A DNA stretch of 64,000 bases, taken from the NCBI GenBank assembly GCA_973895155.1, contig OZ316891.1:13733037-13797036 (forward strand), read 5' to 3'. This stretch comes from Marsupella aquatica. Its lineage: Eukaryota > Plantae > Marchantiophyta. Shown here one piece after another: positions 18,148 to 31,120 of the stretch. The notes beneath the pieces are model-generated. The model saw only the letters and a list, made by a program, of their open reading frames with translations. It was not told the DNA's origin and did no database searches. A program made the translations under genes and the position numbers. Each line of letters starts with the position of its first letter. Position 1 is the stretch's first letter.

Positions 18148-21100
18148 TGTTAGACTCTACCTTGACCGGATGACCGGATCAGCCGGTCATCCTGGCACCA
18201 CCATATGTACCATTACCGAGACTATACTGAGACCATTGTTATCACCATCAAACACGTTATCAGCACGAGAAGCAACCAGTGGAGCTGAGAAGAAAGAGAC
18301 TCCAATTCTAGTGAATGATTGGCAATTGCGGGAAAGAACACACGTCTGCAGCGAAATCAATGTTTGAGTTAGGGGGGCCCTAAATTTCTACGTCCAGAAT
18401 TGGTTTTGAGAAGTTGAGCAATGTTTCAAACCCGGCTCCATTGTCCAAGTGGAACCAGATGGCGATCGATCATGCACGAATACCAAAGTCTGTACCAACA
18501 AGAGATTCTCGCTCGTGGATAATCAAGCAATGATCGAAGGCGAATCAAGCAATTGACAGGAACATGAGCGAAAGGATGCCGCTGCCGAAAAAGTGAAGCA
18601 TATATCGTTAAGGTTTGATCGGTAACTCGGATGGAGAGGAATCCATAAGAGAGCGAAGCAGGAAGAATCGAGAAGAAAGAAGGAGCGTGTGACCCCGATG
18701 GTAACCGATAGCTGACGCGAGCCCGATTCAAAGTAACGAGAGGAGAAAAGAAAAGAGGCCCATCCCGGAATCGAATTAGACTGCAGCAAGAAACGAATTG
18801 ACTTTTTTTTTGAAGATCGGGAGCAAAGGAAAGAAGGGCAACCCGACACAGGAACGAGATTTAGAAGGGAGGCCACCATGAACCAGAAGCACTTGGGAAA
18901 GCGAAAGAAGAATTTGAGGCGAAGGATCTCGAGAGGGACTAAGGAGATACCTAAAGGCAGCATCGGAAGGGAAGCATTGAAAATAAAAACACCGATCATG
19001 ATCGAGAAGCGTAGTATCGAACACAAGAAGGCGTGAATTGGAGAGGATCCCGATAAGCGCGGAAGGCTACGACTGCAAAAACGAGATCAAAAGGTCAAGA
19101 GGAGCGGACAACGAGGGAGAAAGCACAACCTGAAGACCACAAAACTTTGAGGAAGACCTTATGGCAGATTGAGGAAGCCAGAAGAAGACGAGATTTTAAG
19201 GAGAGCACCAACCAGGCGCAAGGAGGCATACAAATCTTGCAACATCAAGGCTCAAAACAACGAAGAAATGTCGAACCCGAATCAAAACCGCTAAGTGCAC
19301 GCCTCATAACTGCAACATAACCGCAAAATCTCCATACGTGCATTCTGTAGCAAAGGGAATTTACTTTACAAAGCCAAATTTGCACATAACCAATGCAAGA
19401 GTAAACATAAATCATACCTGCAACCCTAAGTGCACAAGTGGATAACTGCACAGTTTAACAAAGAAAAAAGCATATACAAAAGAAAATTTGCAGTTAAACA
19501 AATACCAAGAAAACCCTAAACCATAAGTGCAAAACCTAAAAAGGAATTTCAGATTTGCATGCGTTCTCCACCCAGCTCCACCTTGCATGCCGCATAAATG
19601 TGCTTAGTCATTCCTTACTATACTTACTAGTATATAAACCTCAACCACACTTAAAAGGAATCCAGCCATCAACCCTATGACGAACCTCGAGAAACTCAAC
19701 TTTCCAGCCCTTGACATCGACGGTAGTAACTACCTAGAATGGTCAATGAACCTTAGAGAGAACATTACATCGCTAACCCTACTCCCAGCGATAGGAATGA
19801 CACAACCTACCCTTGCCGGCGAACCTCAGCCAGATCTACTAACTAAAGCCAACGAATCTAAAGCCCTAGTATTCCTGAGACGCCACATCCATAGGTTCCT
19901 CCAACGACAATACATGCACTTGTCGACCCCTCGGGAACTATGGACAGCCCTACAGACTCGATTCGACCACCAGAAACTGGTCGAATTACCCAAAGCCAGG
20001 CAAGACTGGCTCAACCTCAGAGTCCAGGACTTTACATCGATCTCAACATACAATAGTGAACTCTTTAGAATAACCTCAACCCTCGCACTTTGTGGCGAGC
20101 CCGTGACGGACAAGGATCTATTGGAGAAGACCTTGTCGACATTCCATTCATCAAATGTGTTGCTATCAACACAGTATAGAAACATGAAGTTTGGACAATA
20201 CTCCAAACTCATAGCGCACCTCTTAGTCACCGAAAGAAACCAGGAACTTCTTTTGGTAAACTCAAGAAAACGCCTAGCAGGCACGTTGCCCTCAGGACAA
20301 GCGAATGAAACCCACAACATAGAAACTACTGAACCCTCTACATCGAGGCAAAGCACTAAACGCACTAAGAATAGCAACCGCCAAAACACCCATAACAAGG
20401 GGAGCTTCTAAAACCAACGTCCACAATACAACTCCCAATGAACCTTTCGAGGATGCGGAGGAAGAGATGGACGAGGAGGACGAGGCGGACGTGGCGGACG
20501 CGGTGGACGCGAAGGACGCGGTGGTGGTAGACCATACAACAACAACTGTAAGAATGATCGGTCACAACCCCGACAACAACGGGAACGACCAAAATGTCAT
20601 GAATGTGGCATGACAAACCACTTCGCGCAAAACTGTAGAATCCCACAACACCTCAGAGATTTATACCAACGGTCCATCCAGGATGGACAAACCTCAAGAC
20701 CACCACCCCGTGAAACCCACGGGGCATTTATGGAGTCTAGTGATCCATTCCAAGACTTCTCAGACCTACCCACACAACCCGAGGCACACTTAGTGGCCAG
20801 TAGCTACACTACCCCAGACTTAGATAGTCTAAGCACATGTATCATTGACAGTGCCACGACACACACTATCCTCCAGGATAAACACCTTTTTCACACGATT
20901 ACACCATCACGTAGGTCCCTGACCACTATAAATGGTCCTAGTCAAATAGAAGAGGGCTTCGGCCCAACCTCTATTAGACTCCCGAAGGGTACTGAAATAC
21001 ATATAGAATCTGCCATTTCGCCCCAAACGCAACTCGTAATCTCCTTAGCTTTAGAGATATACGAGCAAATGGGCTACATGTCCAAACGGGCGATACCAGA

Positions 21101-24100
21101 GACCAAGAGGTCATTCACCTGGTTGAAAACACCCTTAAAGGGAAAATAATTAAAGAGACACTTTTCTCGTATCCCTGCGGGTTTTACATAACACAAATTG
21201 AATGCCTGCATAACAACGCCAATACAAGCGAATTGCATGCGCTATGGCATGCACGCCTTGGCCACCCCGGCCAATCAATGCTAACAATAATCATTAAGAA
21301 TTCAAGTGGCATTCCAATCAATACACGCCACATCCCAGTGAGCACTCCATGCAATGCATGCTCACGCGGCAAGTTAATAACAAGGCCCACGGCATCAAAA
21401 TTGCCAACTAAAATACCCCAATTCTTGGAAATAATCCATGCTGATGTTTGCGGGCCAATTAACCCACCAAGCGGACCTTTCCGCTACTTTATGGTTTTAA
21501 TCGACGCATCAACCAAATGGTCAAATGTGACCTTGCTTTCAACGAGGAACATGGTAATACCTCGCATTTTGACGCAAATCTTGCGCGTGAAAGCACAATT
21601 CCCAGGTCACCCTATTAAGACACTAAGGGTAGACAATGCATGGGAATTCACATCCGAAACGTTTGATGACTTTTGCACATCACTTGGCATAAACGTACAA
21701 TATCCTGTACCTCATGTGCATTTCCAGAATGGATTAGCTGAAGCGGTCATTAAATGCCTTCAGTTAATTGCATGCCCATTACTAATGCAGTCAAAACTCC
21801 CCGTCTCAGCATGGGGACACGCCATATTATAGGCGAATGCATTAATCCAATATCGCCCATCGGCATTTAATACCTATAGCCCATACCAAATAGCTAACGG
21901 TATTAAACCTAATCTATCACATCTTCGTTCATTTGGATGTCAAGTAATGGTCCCCATTACTCCACCCAAACGAACCAAGATGGGACCCCAACGACAGTTG
22001 GGGATATACATCGGATTCGACTCACCGTCCATAATCCGATACATGGAGCCCACAATTGGCGATGTTTTTAAAGCCAGATTTCTAGATTGTCATTTTGACG
22101 AACACATTTACCCACCATTAATAACCCCTAAAAACTCACAACCACCTTTGGAGTGGGAACGACACTCGCCATTTTGGCAAGACCTTAGAACAAATCAAGG
22201 GGAGAAAGAAGTTCAAAGAATTTTACAACTCCACAAGATTGTGGAAGAACTTCCCGACGCTTTCGTCAATACATCCCAAGTCAGCCGCTCACATATTCCA
22301 GCTGCGAGAGCATCTGCTCGCATCGAATTATCAAGTGAGCCAGCTAGTACATCCCAACCTCGTGCAAAATGAGGCAGACCTTTGGGATCCAAGGATAAAC
22401 AACCAAGAAGGCGCGGTTTATCTATACCACCTTCACCTGACATCGACCACACAGAATCCACAACTCACGAAGAGATTTCTATCCACTTCGCACACACCGG
22501 TGAGATGTGGGATAGAAATACTACTTCCATAGATGACGCTTTTGCATTAATGGTGGCAACAAATATCACTAATGAGACACCAGAACCAATATCCATTTTA
22601 GAATGCCAAAACAGACCAGATTGGCCTGAATGGCAGAAAGCTATAAATGGAGAATTAGATTCCCTACTAAGCAGACACACTTTTGGCCCAGTCGAGCCAA
22701 CACCGCAGGATGTACATCTTGTTGTCTACAAGTGGACATTCATCCGCAAAAGAAACGATAAAGGCCAAGTTGTACGTTACAAAGCACGTCTGGTAGGGAA
22801 AGGATTTACCCAACAACCGGGAATTCATTACGATGAAACTTACTCACCAGTTATGGATAGCACAACATTCCGATATCTTATCGGATTTGCCATTTTCCAC
22901 CAACTACAAATGCGACAATTAGATGTTGCAACTGCATATTTATATGGCACTTTAGACACTTGTCTATACATGCGATCACCTCCCGAGTTGGAGCAACGTC
23001 GCCGAGCTTTAGCTCAAGGCGCTAAATCGCATATCCCATATCTACATAAGATTATAACACAATTATCTCAAGTTACACCAAATGTGTCATCTACACATGT
23101 AACTCATAATAACGACACCGCTGTGTCAACCGTACGGAATACTCGCCGCGGACTAGCTATCCGTGTGTTGAAGGCATTATATGGCCTGAAACAAAGTGGC
23201 AGAGTATGGTATCAAAGATTTACTGATGAAATGATTGCCATGGGTTTTTCCCATGATGCCATTACACCATGTTTATTTATTAAACATGTGAATGATGAAT
23301 ATGTCATCGTTTCCATTTATGTTGATGACTTAAATATATTTGGGACACCCCAAATTACCGAAGATACTATTACACGTCTTAAATCAACATTTGAGATGAA
23401 AGACCTTGGACATACAAACTTTTGCTTAGGATTACAACTGGAGATCTTACCTACTGGCATGATACTCCATCAAACTACACAAACTGAAAAGATCCTAAAA
23501 TAGTTCAACATGAACCTAGCACACCCATTGACGTCACCAATGGTTGTACGTTCATTAGAAAACACCACTGATGTTTTTCGCAAGCGCGAAGAACATGAAC
23601 CTATATTAGGACCAGAAACTCCATATCTTTCTGCAATAGGAGCATTAATGTACCTAGCAAATCAGACTAGGCCAGACATTGCATTTGCCGTTAATTTACT
23701 AGCCAAACATAGTGCAACTCCCACAGCCAGACACTGGAATGGAGTTAAACACGTATTTAGATATCTACGTGGAACCACCGACACTGGGTTATTTTACCCA
23801 TTCGGCGCAAACCACGAGCTCATAGGATACGCAGATGTCGGATATCTCTCCGACACTGATACCGCAAAATCCCAAACTGGATATGTTTTTACCATAGGGG
23901 GTACCGCTTTCTCTTGGAAAAGCGTGAAACAGACCCTAACAACAACCTCATCGAATCACTCAAAAATATTAGCTCTACATGAGGCTAGTCGTGAAGCCGT
24001 TTGGTTACGATCATTTATAAACCACATCAACACCAAATGCGGCCTACAACCACTAACGAAGCCTACTAACATTTTTGAGGATAACGCAGCATGTATACAG

Positions 24101-24760
24101 CAGATCACAAAAGGCTTCATCAAAGGCGATCGCGTGAAACACATAGCTCCAAAGTTTTCCTACACCCACGAGCTACATGGAAAAGAGATCAACATTTTGC
24201 AGATTTCAAGTGCAGACAACTGCGCGGATCTCTTCACCAAATCACTACCGCCATCAGTCCATCACCGACACTGCCAGGCGATTGGACTACGGAGCGTGCG
24301 ACGCATGATGACCATGGAGGCTGCTGCTCCACATGATACTTGATGATATGCTGACTTGATGATATGCCGAGCCAGATGTTAAACCTAGTTTTACTATAAC
24401 TTTAACTTTATATTGACATTTACTACGACGAGGACTGTTAGGCTGCACTCTTTTTCCTTTAGCACTCATATTATTATTATTATTTTTTTCTCTGCTACAC
24501 TGGTAGAGCTTTTACTAAGCTAGAGTTGATAAAGGTTTTTTAACGAGGCAGTCTACCTCGATTGTACTTATATCATGTACCCCTATGAACATGATATAAT
24601 TTAGGTATAGTCTATGTTGTCTATATAGTTGTCACTATATATCCAAAGGGGAGTGTTAGACTCTACCTTGACCGGATGACCGGATCAGCCGGTCATCCTG
24701 GCACCACCATATGTACCATTACCGAGACTATACTGAGACCATTGTTATCACCATCAAACA
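18148..24760 (+). mobile_element. full-length Ty1/copia LTR retrotransposon, Bianca lineage (6613 bp)
   Basis: Identical 107-bp LTRs at 18148-18254 and 24654-24760 (TG...CA). TSD CAGAT at 18143-18147 and 24761-24765. PBS CGTTATCAGCACGA; PPT AAAGGGGAG. Bianca-type gag start (NLEKLNFPALDIDGSNYLEW), protease CIIDSATTHTIL, integrase HADVCGPINPPSGPFRYFMVLIDAST, RT YVDDL, RNaseH YADVGYLSD. Confidence 0.96.
19677..24343 (+). pseudogene. gag-pol polyprotein of the Bianca copia (gag, RGG tract, CCHC knuckle, PR, INT, RT, RH), disrupted
   Basis: One reading frame broken by stops at 20409 (TAA), 20439 (TGA), 21830 (TAG), 22370 (TGA) and 23501 (TAG), and by one frameshift near 21015. Confidence 0.92.
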
Positions 24761-25046
24761 CAGATAAGTGTTTTCCAGAGCATTTTACCTCATATTAATA
24801 TTTCAGGATGATGTGTGTGGAATCATCTTCTCTAATGTGCTAGATATAGACTTACTGCACTGGGTGCATATTTTTTTCCATTAATTATTTTATGCGCAAA
24901 CCCAGATACCAGTACTTAGCAATCCAATGACCATTGTGCTGTTTTAATTGACTTGATATTTATGGTGTTAGTGTTACATGAACAAACCCAATAACAGATG
25001 GAAATGCTCTAAGAGCAAAACTTGAGACTCCTTATTATATAAATAC

Positions 25047-25391
25047 TCCTGAGCATAGACAACAATCGCAAAGGCAAGCCCATGAACCATCCAGTGCACA
25101 AGTGTTGACACAAAGAGATATGTGATTCACCTCCCCATGAGACTACATCAAAGGGAACACACAAGAGCTTTACTGCACTCTAGGCCGATCAACCATACCA
25201 AACATCCACAACACAAGCTCTCCCTATCTCTCAATTGGCTCCATAACAATGAGCCTGAGTTCCTACTCTCCAAGCAAACACCACTTGGGTATAGTGTGTG
25301 CACAACATGACTAACCTAACCTAGTCTGCAACTAAGGTTAGCCCTAACTGCAGTACAGTCGTAACTCTAGACTTAAGAGTAAATCCTAACA
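25047..25391. mobile_element. solo LTR (345 bp), copy 1
   Basis: Flanked by AATAC/AATAC (25042-25046, 25392-25396) and ends CTAACA. The first ~220 bp are homologous to 45950-46170. The 5' TG has decayed to TC. Confidence 0.8.
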
Positions 25392-25799
25392 AATACGGTA
25401 GAGAGGAGAAGGCACCAGCTATACCCAAACAAAGATCTCAAAGGCAAGAAACCCAATAATGGGGTGAGAACAACTAAGAGGAACAAAAAACCAGGAACAA
25501 AGAAAGATGAGCCAGAAAGCCCAAGAGCCCCTATTGACACCAAACTTGCATACAAAAGCTTCAACTTCCTTAGTGAATTAATTTCCCTTTGTACTTTCCA
25601 CTGCATTTAAGAGAAGAAAGCCCAGTCAAATTTTGGATCTGTCTCTTTAGGAAAATTTTGGATGGGTGTGTCAAATCTACACCAACTTAATGTTCCCCCA
25701 CTTCTGGGGCCCTTTAGATTGCCTTCCCATTCCCCAATGCTGTTGCCTGCTTTGGCCCGATGTATTTTGTGCCATCAAATTTGAGTTTATGTTCTGGCA

Positions 25800-25941
25800 C
25801 CCTTCATTTTTTGGTCGACCGAAGCTCAAGAAATGGTACCACTTGCCCCTTCATTTTTTGGTCGACCGAAGCTCAAGAAATGGTACCACTTGCCCCTTCA
25901 TTTTTTGGTCGACCGAAGCTCAAGAAATGGTACCACTTGCC
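25800..25941. repeat. perfect 47-bp tandem repeat x3
   Basis: CCCTTCATTTTTTGGTCGACCGAAGCTCAAGAAATGGTACCACTTGC is repeated at ~25800, 25847 and 25894. Confidence 0.95.
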
Positions 25942-26492
25942 GCCACTGCAATACATGGATGGAAGCACGGGACCAGTGGACAATAACAGCCCCTTGAAAC
26001 TATTGGGCTAGTGACAATCATAGCCCCTCAAAACTCGAGCCAGAGCTCTCGTTTTTTACGGGCATATATTATATCAGACAAGCCTTCCTTAGACATTACT
26101 CTCTCTCTCTATATATATATACAAAAACATAATTATTCAATCCTGTGGGTTTCATTCTCGTTCGAGGATCCAAAGGGATCATTTCATTGATTGCGACCCA
26201 TTTGAGTAGTGACCCAGCTCACAAGGGAAAGATCGTCCTCAAGTGAAAGCCCCAGAACGCAGAAGATCACAAAGCGTCACGACGGGAGCGATAGGATTCC
26301 TTGATCGGGGCCTCTCCCCTCCCATTCTCCACACCTCGGCCGGAAAGGGCGATGCGAGACAGAGGATTCGTTGGACGAGGAGGAGGTTTGTTGACGGAAG
26401 GGGCTGTTGGGTTTCGCTGCCTTGGAAGAATTGCCCGTTTGCTGAGCTGTTGTTGTGGAGTTGTGGAGTCGGTAGCAGCGTAGTTGGTAGCC

Positions 26493-27347
26493 ATGGTGGT
26501 GATCGCTACGGGAGTGGTGTCATCTTCGCTGCTGTCCATCGAGCACATCTCGCAATCCCCATGCGTGGCGGCGTCGTGTGTTTCGGAAGGAAAGCTACGG
26601 CAGCAGCAGGAGAGATGGGTTTCTTCGTCGTCTTCTCTCAACATTTCTTCTCGCTCAAGCAGCGTCGTCCATGCTCGCTCCACCTCTTCGCTTTCTGCAT
26701 GTGCATCTTCTCGTGATGCCGACAACTACGCGATTCGGAGGACGAATGCTATCGGGCATGGCGATGCTCGAGCTAATGCTAATCTGCCGAGGCCGGCGAT
26801 GGGTACTCGCCCGGCTGCGTTCGTCAGTGGTATCAATGCCGGGGTAGTCCATGCGGCAATTGCGGAAACTGCAGGGGAAGGGCTGAAATGGTGGGAGAAA
26901 GGGGGTGCTCCAAACATAGTAGATGTGCACAACACGGAGGAATTCGTGGAATCCTTGTCTGCTGCTGGTGATAAGCTTGTAATTGTGGAGTTCTATGCAA
27001 CCTGGTGCGGCTCATGTCGAGCACTTTATCCCAAGTTCTGCAAAATCGCAGCGGAGTACAACGATATTAACTTTTTGAAAGTGAATTTTGACGAAAATAA
27101 ACCTATGTGCAAAAGTCTGAATGTGAAGGTTCTCCCATTCTTCCATATCTATCGCGGAGCCGAGGGGCGCCTAGAGTCTTTCTCGTGTTCTCTGTCGAAG
27201 CTTCAAAGATTGAAAGATGCAATTACGAAGCATCATGATTGCGGTGAGGAGTGCACTCCTCCCGAGGAATTAGATGGTGCTCTCAGTTCTTTGCTGGACA
27301 AGACCTCAGCTGATCAATCTGCAGCAGCTGCAGGATCCTCAGAATGA
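26493..27347 (+). CDS. ACHT: Atypical Cys/His-rich (Lilium-type) thioredoxin ACHT1/2-like, probable plastid transit peptide, 284 aa, intronless
   Basis: LKWWEK...[29 protein letters not shown]...[43 protein letters not shown], with a Ser-rich N-terminus. The first ATG is at 26493; the ORF track starts at TTG 26484. Confidence 0.93.
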   Translation: MVVIATGVVSSSLLSIEHISQSPCVAASCVSEGKLRQQQERWVSSSSSLNISSRSSSVVHARSTSSLSACASSRDADNYAIRRTNAIGHGDARANANLPRPAMGTRPAAFVSGINAGVVHAAIAETAGEGLKWWEKGGAPNIVDVHNTEEFVESLSAAGDKLVIVEFYATWCGSCRALYPKFCKIAAEYNDINFLKVNFDENKPMCKSLNVKVLPFFHIYRGAEGRLESFSCSLSKLQRLKDAITKHHDCGEECTPPEELDGALSSLLDKTSADQSAAAAGSSE

Positions 27348-29259
27348 AATGGATTGTCGGGACTGTCTTTCTTCTGTAGGTGTAGTAAGTAGGTCTTCTT
27401 CAGATTTATGTACTTTATCCATTTCCCAGATTAATAATTCTCCAATGTGGTATGATTTATTAGCACAGATATAGTTACCTTTGATGGAATCAGCAGCTGG
27501 AATTTAGACTGTAGAGTAAACGGAATCGACAGGTTTAAGGTGCTTTGCAGATGTTTAGGCCCTGGTACGTAACTCTTGGAGGTTAATTCTCTCCGTGCAC
27601 TGAGAGAGGAGGCTATCTGTTTACCTTGCTCTAGCAGGATTCGGGTCTCGTCTTCAGCGACTCCTCTAATTCATTACGGGTCTTCTTTCATCGACCCTGT
27701 CGATTGATGAGAACGTATGGTTCACTTTTTATTTTTGCCTGACATGTAGTGCGTGGTGGATTTGTTTTTCGTTCCCTCTGCTCCTCCTGGAAACATTCAG
27801 AGTCTTTTCCTTCTCTTTCAATCTGTTTGGCAGGCATTGGCAGGCATTGCAGTCCTGTTTTTTAAGTTAAGCTTGGCAGAATGCAAGTACGTAACCAGTT
27901 TGTGATGTGCTTGGTCGATTGCTCCAGTGTTAAATTCACAATTTCCCATTTTCCTCTAAGCCTGGAACCCTGCGTTTATATTTATGTTGGATTTCGATTC
28001 TCGCACGAGACTCTTTCACGTGCCACGGAAATGGTTAGTTTATGGACGCTTCATAGTTTTGATCTTGATCGACATTTTGTTTGCTGTTGTGTTGTCTTTC
28101 GTATGATCACCGATACAACCTACGCGTTGGAAGCTTGGAGGGTATAGGTCTGTAGGGCAGCCCCGACACGGACCAGCGTGGACTATAAGATGTCATTTCT
28201 TTACGGTTGTACGCACCGTGTGGAACTGCAACCTGTAGAAAGTGGAAGGGCAAGATTGCTTGAGGTGTGCGTTCGATTAAGATTGAACTACGATGGAACG
28301 GATATTTTTTACGCTTCACGGCTTCTGGGCTGATTGAGTACAGTTGCTGGCCGTGGCTAGGTGGTAAGCCTATGGTGTAAAGTAGTTCTGCGACATTGTC
28401 CTACAGCTCCAGTCTCGTACTCTGCTTGAGATGTGTTTTTCTGCTTCAAGTTACGAGGTCATTTTCGAAGAGTTCAAGTATGTCTGCCTCATTTATAGGA
28501 GTGGCTATTAAGACGTTCCTCAGCAGGAGAGATGTGATCTTGGATAAAGTTCATTAAAGGAGACTTACTATTGTCATCGTACCAGTGCATCGTCCTATCA
28601 GCCTATGCCTTGTTCATCATTTGTTCAACAGTTTTCGGAATCAAACGAGCCCGATTATCAAGTCCCACGTCTAGATGTTTGAGAAGGCTTGCTTTTAGGG
28701 CCAAGCACTTCCCTTGGCCGGTTTTTCTGTAGCTGAATTGTGTGTTATGATGGCTAGATCATCCAAGTAAATTAGTAGATTGCAGAGCCTGATGAAATCT
28801 GACAATGGACCCCTACGATTACAGGAGAATTTGAAAGTTCACATCTGGATAATGCCCTATCAGCAGAACCTTTCTCCATTATTATCGATAAAATTGTGGG
28901 TCCTTGTCTGCCTCAAGGCTACTTTGGTGATGACTGTTTTTACTTACATCCTTGTTGTGTTCTGATTAGCGTCGGGGGAATTCATGTAGTTCGCTTGATC
29001 CACAGTTGGATGATTAACATCACGCAAGGGGCAGTCAAACTGAAGATTCCGGTTTGTCACTCGGATTTTACCCTAATCAAGTATTGTTTATTTGCCAATT
29101 GTCAGTTCTGGGGAATATTATTAAACATGACACGGATCTGTTCTCCTTGTCGGGCTCTCCAGTCTGCACTGGGTATTGACATGGAATTCATATCTTCTTA
29201 TAACCGTCTTGCTGGAGAGATGGGAACATTGCGAGCACCACTTCACAGAGGGTTGGATT

Positions 29260-29430
29260 GCAGCAGGACCCGGGACTAGTCATTGCACCGAGTGTTTTGA
29301 AAGGACAGAGCACAAAGTAACTGCACCCAGTATTTTGAAGGGACAGAGCATAGGAAGACAAAAGTAACTGCACACGGTGTTTGAAGGGACAGAGCATAGG
29401 ACTAGTCATTCCACCGAGTATTTTACGGGA
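29260..29430. repeat. short degenerate tandem repeat (TTTGAAGGGACAGAGCA / AAAGTAACTGCAC / GGACTAGTCATT units)
   Basis: Motifs recur 2-3 times. Confidence 0.7.
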
Positions 29431-29814
29431 CACCAAAGAATTGGTGTTACTTGACCAAAATTAATACATGTTTGCATCATAGAGTCATTGAATTAGTGTT
29501 TTCCTCAAATGCATGGGCCGACATTTCCGGACATCTCTGGCAGTCGAGAGTGGATGGTAACTGCGTCGGTAGATGATGAGTTCCTTTTGATGCAGGGATC
29601 ATGAACCTCACAAAGGTGTTAGAAACAACAGGAAATCTTGGTGGACCTGTCCCTCGAGCAAAGTTGCCATTATTCTCGTCCTGACCTGTTGTCATATTCA
29701 ATGCCTTGTTAGTAAAAAAACATCACACTTAAATTTAAAACCAATCCAGATCTGACCAAACCCTCCATCAGAGAGGTCGTAATAGTCAAACGAGTAAAGC
29801 ATGACACATTGCAC

Positions 29815-30600
29815 ATGCGGTCTAGACTGAAGTATCTGACCAATTCTCTAGGGGAAAGGTACTAATATGTGTGTGGGTGGGATGAATTTTGTGAGTAGTG
29901 GATGTGAGTTGGGACTATATCCATGGCCCCTGGTTGTCCGCTTGTGACCCTGATTTAATCCTCAATCCCTCCTTGTGCGGGTTCTGTTGAATCCATGGGG
30001 GCTCAGGGCTCACCCTGAGATGGGTTCCTTAAAAGGAGTGTATGTCATTATTGGGGTAGGGAGAATTTTTTAAGTGGGCTCAGGGCTCACCCTGAGATGG
30101 GTTCCTTAAAAGGAGTGTATGTCATTATTGGGGTAGGGAGAATTTTTTAGGTGTTCTTCCTCATTTCCTTTCAAGACAAAGAAGAAAGGGACTCCTAATC
30201 TAATTAGTCTAAACGAAAGCACCACTTCACTCCTCCTGTCTAGTTTGGAGGGGCACAGTGAGATGGGTTCCTGCAAAGGAGTGTATGCCACTATTGGGGT
30301 GGGGAGAGTTTACTAAATGTTCTTCCTCATTTTCCTTTCAAGACAAAGAAGAAAGGTACTCCTAATCTAATTAGTACAAACCAAAGCACCACTTCACTCC
30401 TCCTGTCTAGGTTGAAGTTGGGAGGGGGCTCACCTTGAGATGGGTTCCTGCAAAGGAGTGTATGACACTATTAGTGTGGGGAGAGTTTACTAAATGTTCT
30501 TCCTCACTTCCTTTCAAGACAAAGAAGAATGGTACTCCTAATCTAATTAGTACAAACCAAAGCATCACTTCCTCCTGTCTAGATTGAAGTTACACTTTGC
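29815..30600 (+). repeat. repeat-family copy with internal 75-bp and ~170-bp tandem duplications; left arm of an inverted pair
   Basis: GGGCTCAGGGCTCACCCTGAGATGGGTTCCTTAAAAGGAGTGTATG occurs twice. TTTCAAGACAAAGAAGAA...CCTAATCTAATTAG occurs three times. The reverse complement matches 34300-34730. Confidence 0.75.
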
Positions 30601-30639
30601 GCCTATGGTTTGGAGTGAAGCCTCTAACCAAGTACGCAA

Positions 30640-31120
30640 TCTGGAAGGCCCACATCTAATTAGTAATGCTTGAAGCAAAGAGCATCCTCCATGTACTGAA
30701 CAATCTACCTAGTAATGGCCATAGCAAAGTTACACTTCCACTTACAGTCTAAAATGGAACTTCTGGACCTAAAGTGAAAAGTGACGTCCTAATAATCTAA
30801 CTAGTAATGCACAAAGCAAAGCTACTCTCCGCGCCAACAGTTTAATATAAAACTTCTAGATCTAAAGTGAGAAGTAAGGTCCTGATACTCTGACTAGTAA
30901 ATGCACAAACCAAACATACCCTTTACGTCTACATCCCAAAATGAAGCTTCTAGATCCAAAGTGAGGTCCTAATAAACTAACCAGTAATGTGCAAAGCAAA
31001 CCTACACTTCACGCCGACAGTAAAAATGAAGCTTCAGTGACATCCTAATAATCTGACTACAGTACTGCACAAAGCAAAGCTACACAATTCACGCCTACGC
31101 ACTAAAATAAGCTTCTACAC
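30640..31120. repeat. degenerate ~80-120-bp tandem repeat
   Basis: CCTAATAATCTAACTAGTAATGCACAAAGCAAAGCTACAC-like unit, about 5 copies. Confidence 0.65.

Noticed and set aside
18426-19026. hydrophobic minus-strand ORFs in the copia leader as an env-like gene
   Set aside because: The F/L/S-rich composition is the expected antisense reading of a GA-rich strand. Non-ATG starts and no motif.
20400-20445. programmed gag-pol frameshift or readthrough at the end of the 244-aa gag ORF
   Set aside because: The downstream RGG tract and zinc knuckle are in the same frame. The TAA and TGA are better explained as C>T mutations.
26267-26725. 152-aa antisense ORF over the ACHT 5' region
   Set aside because: Shadow ORF of a GC-rich transit-peptide coding region.
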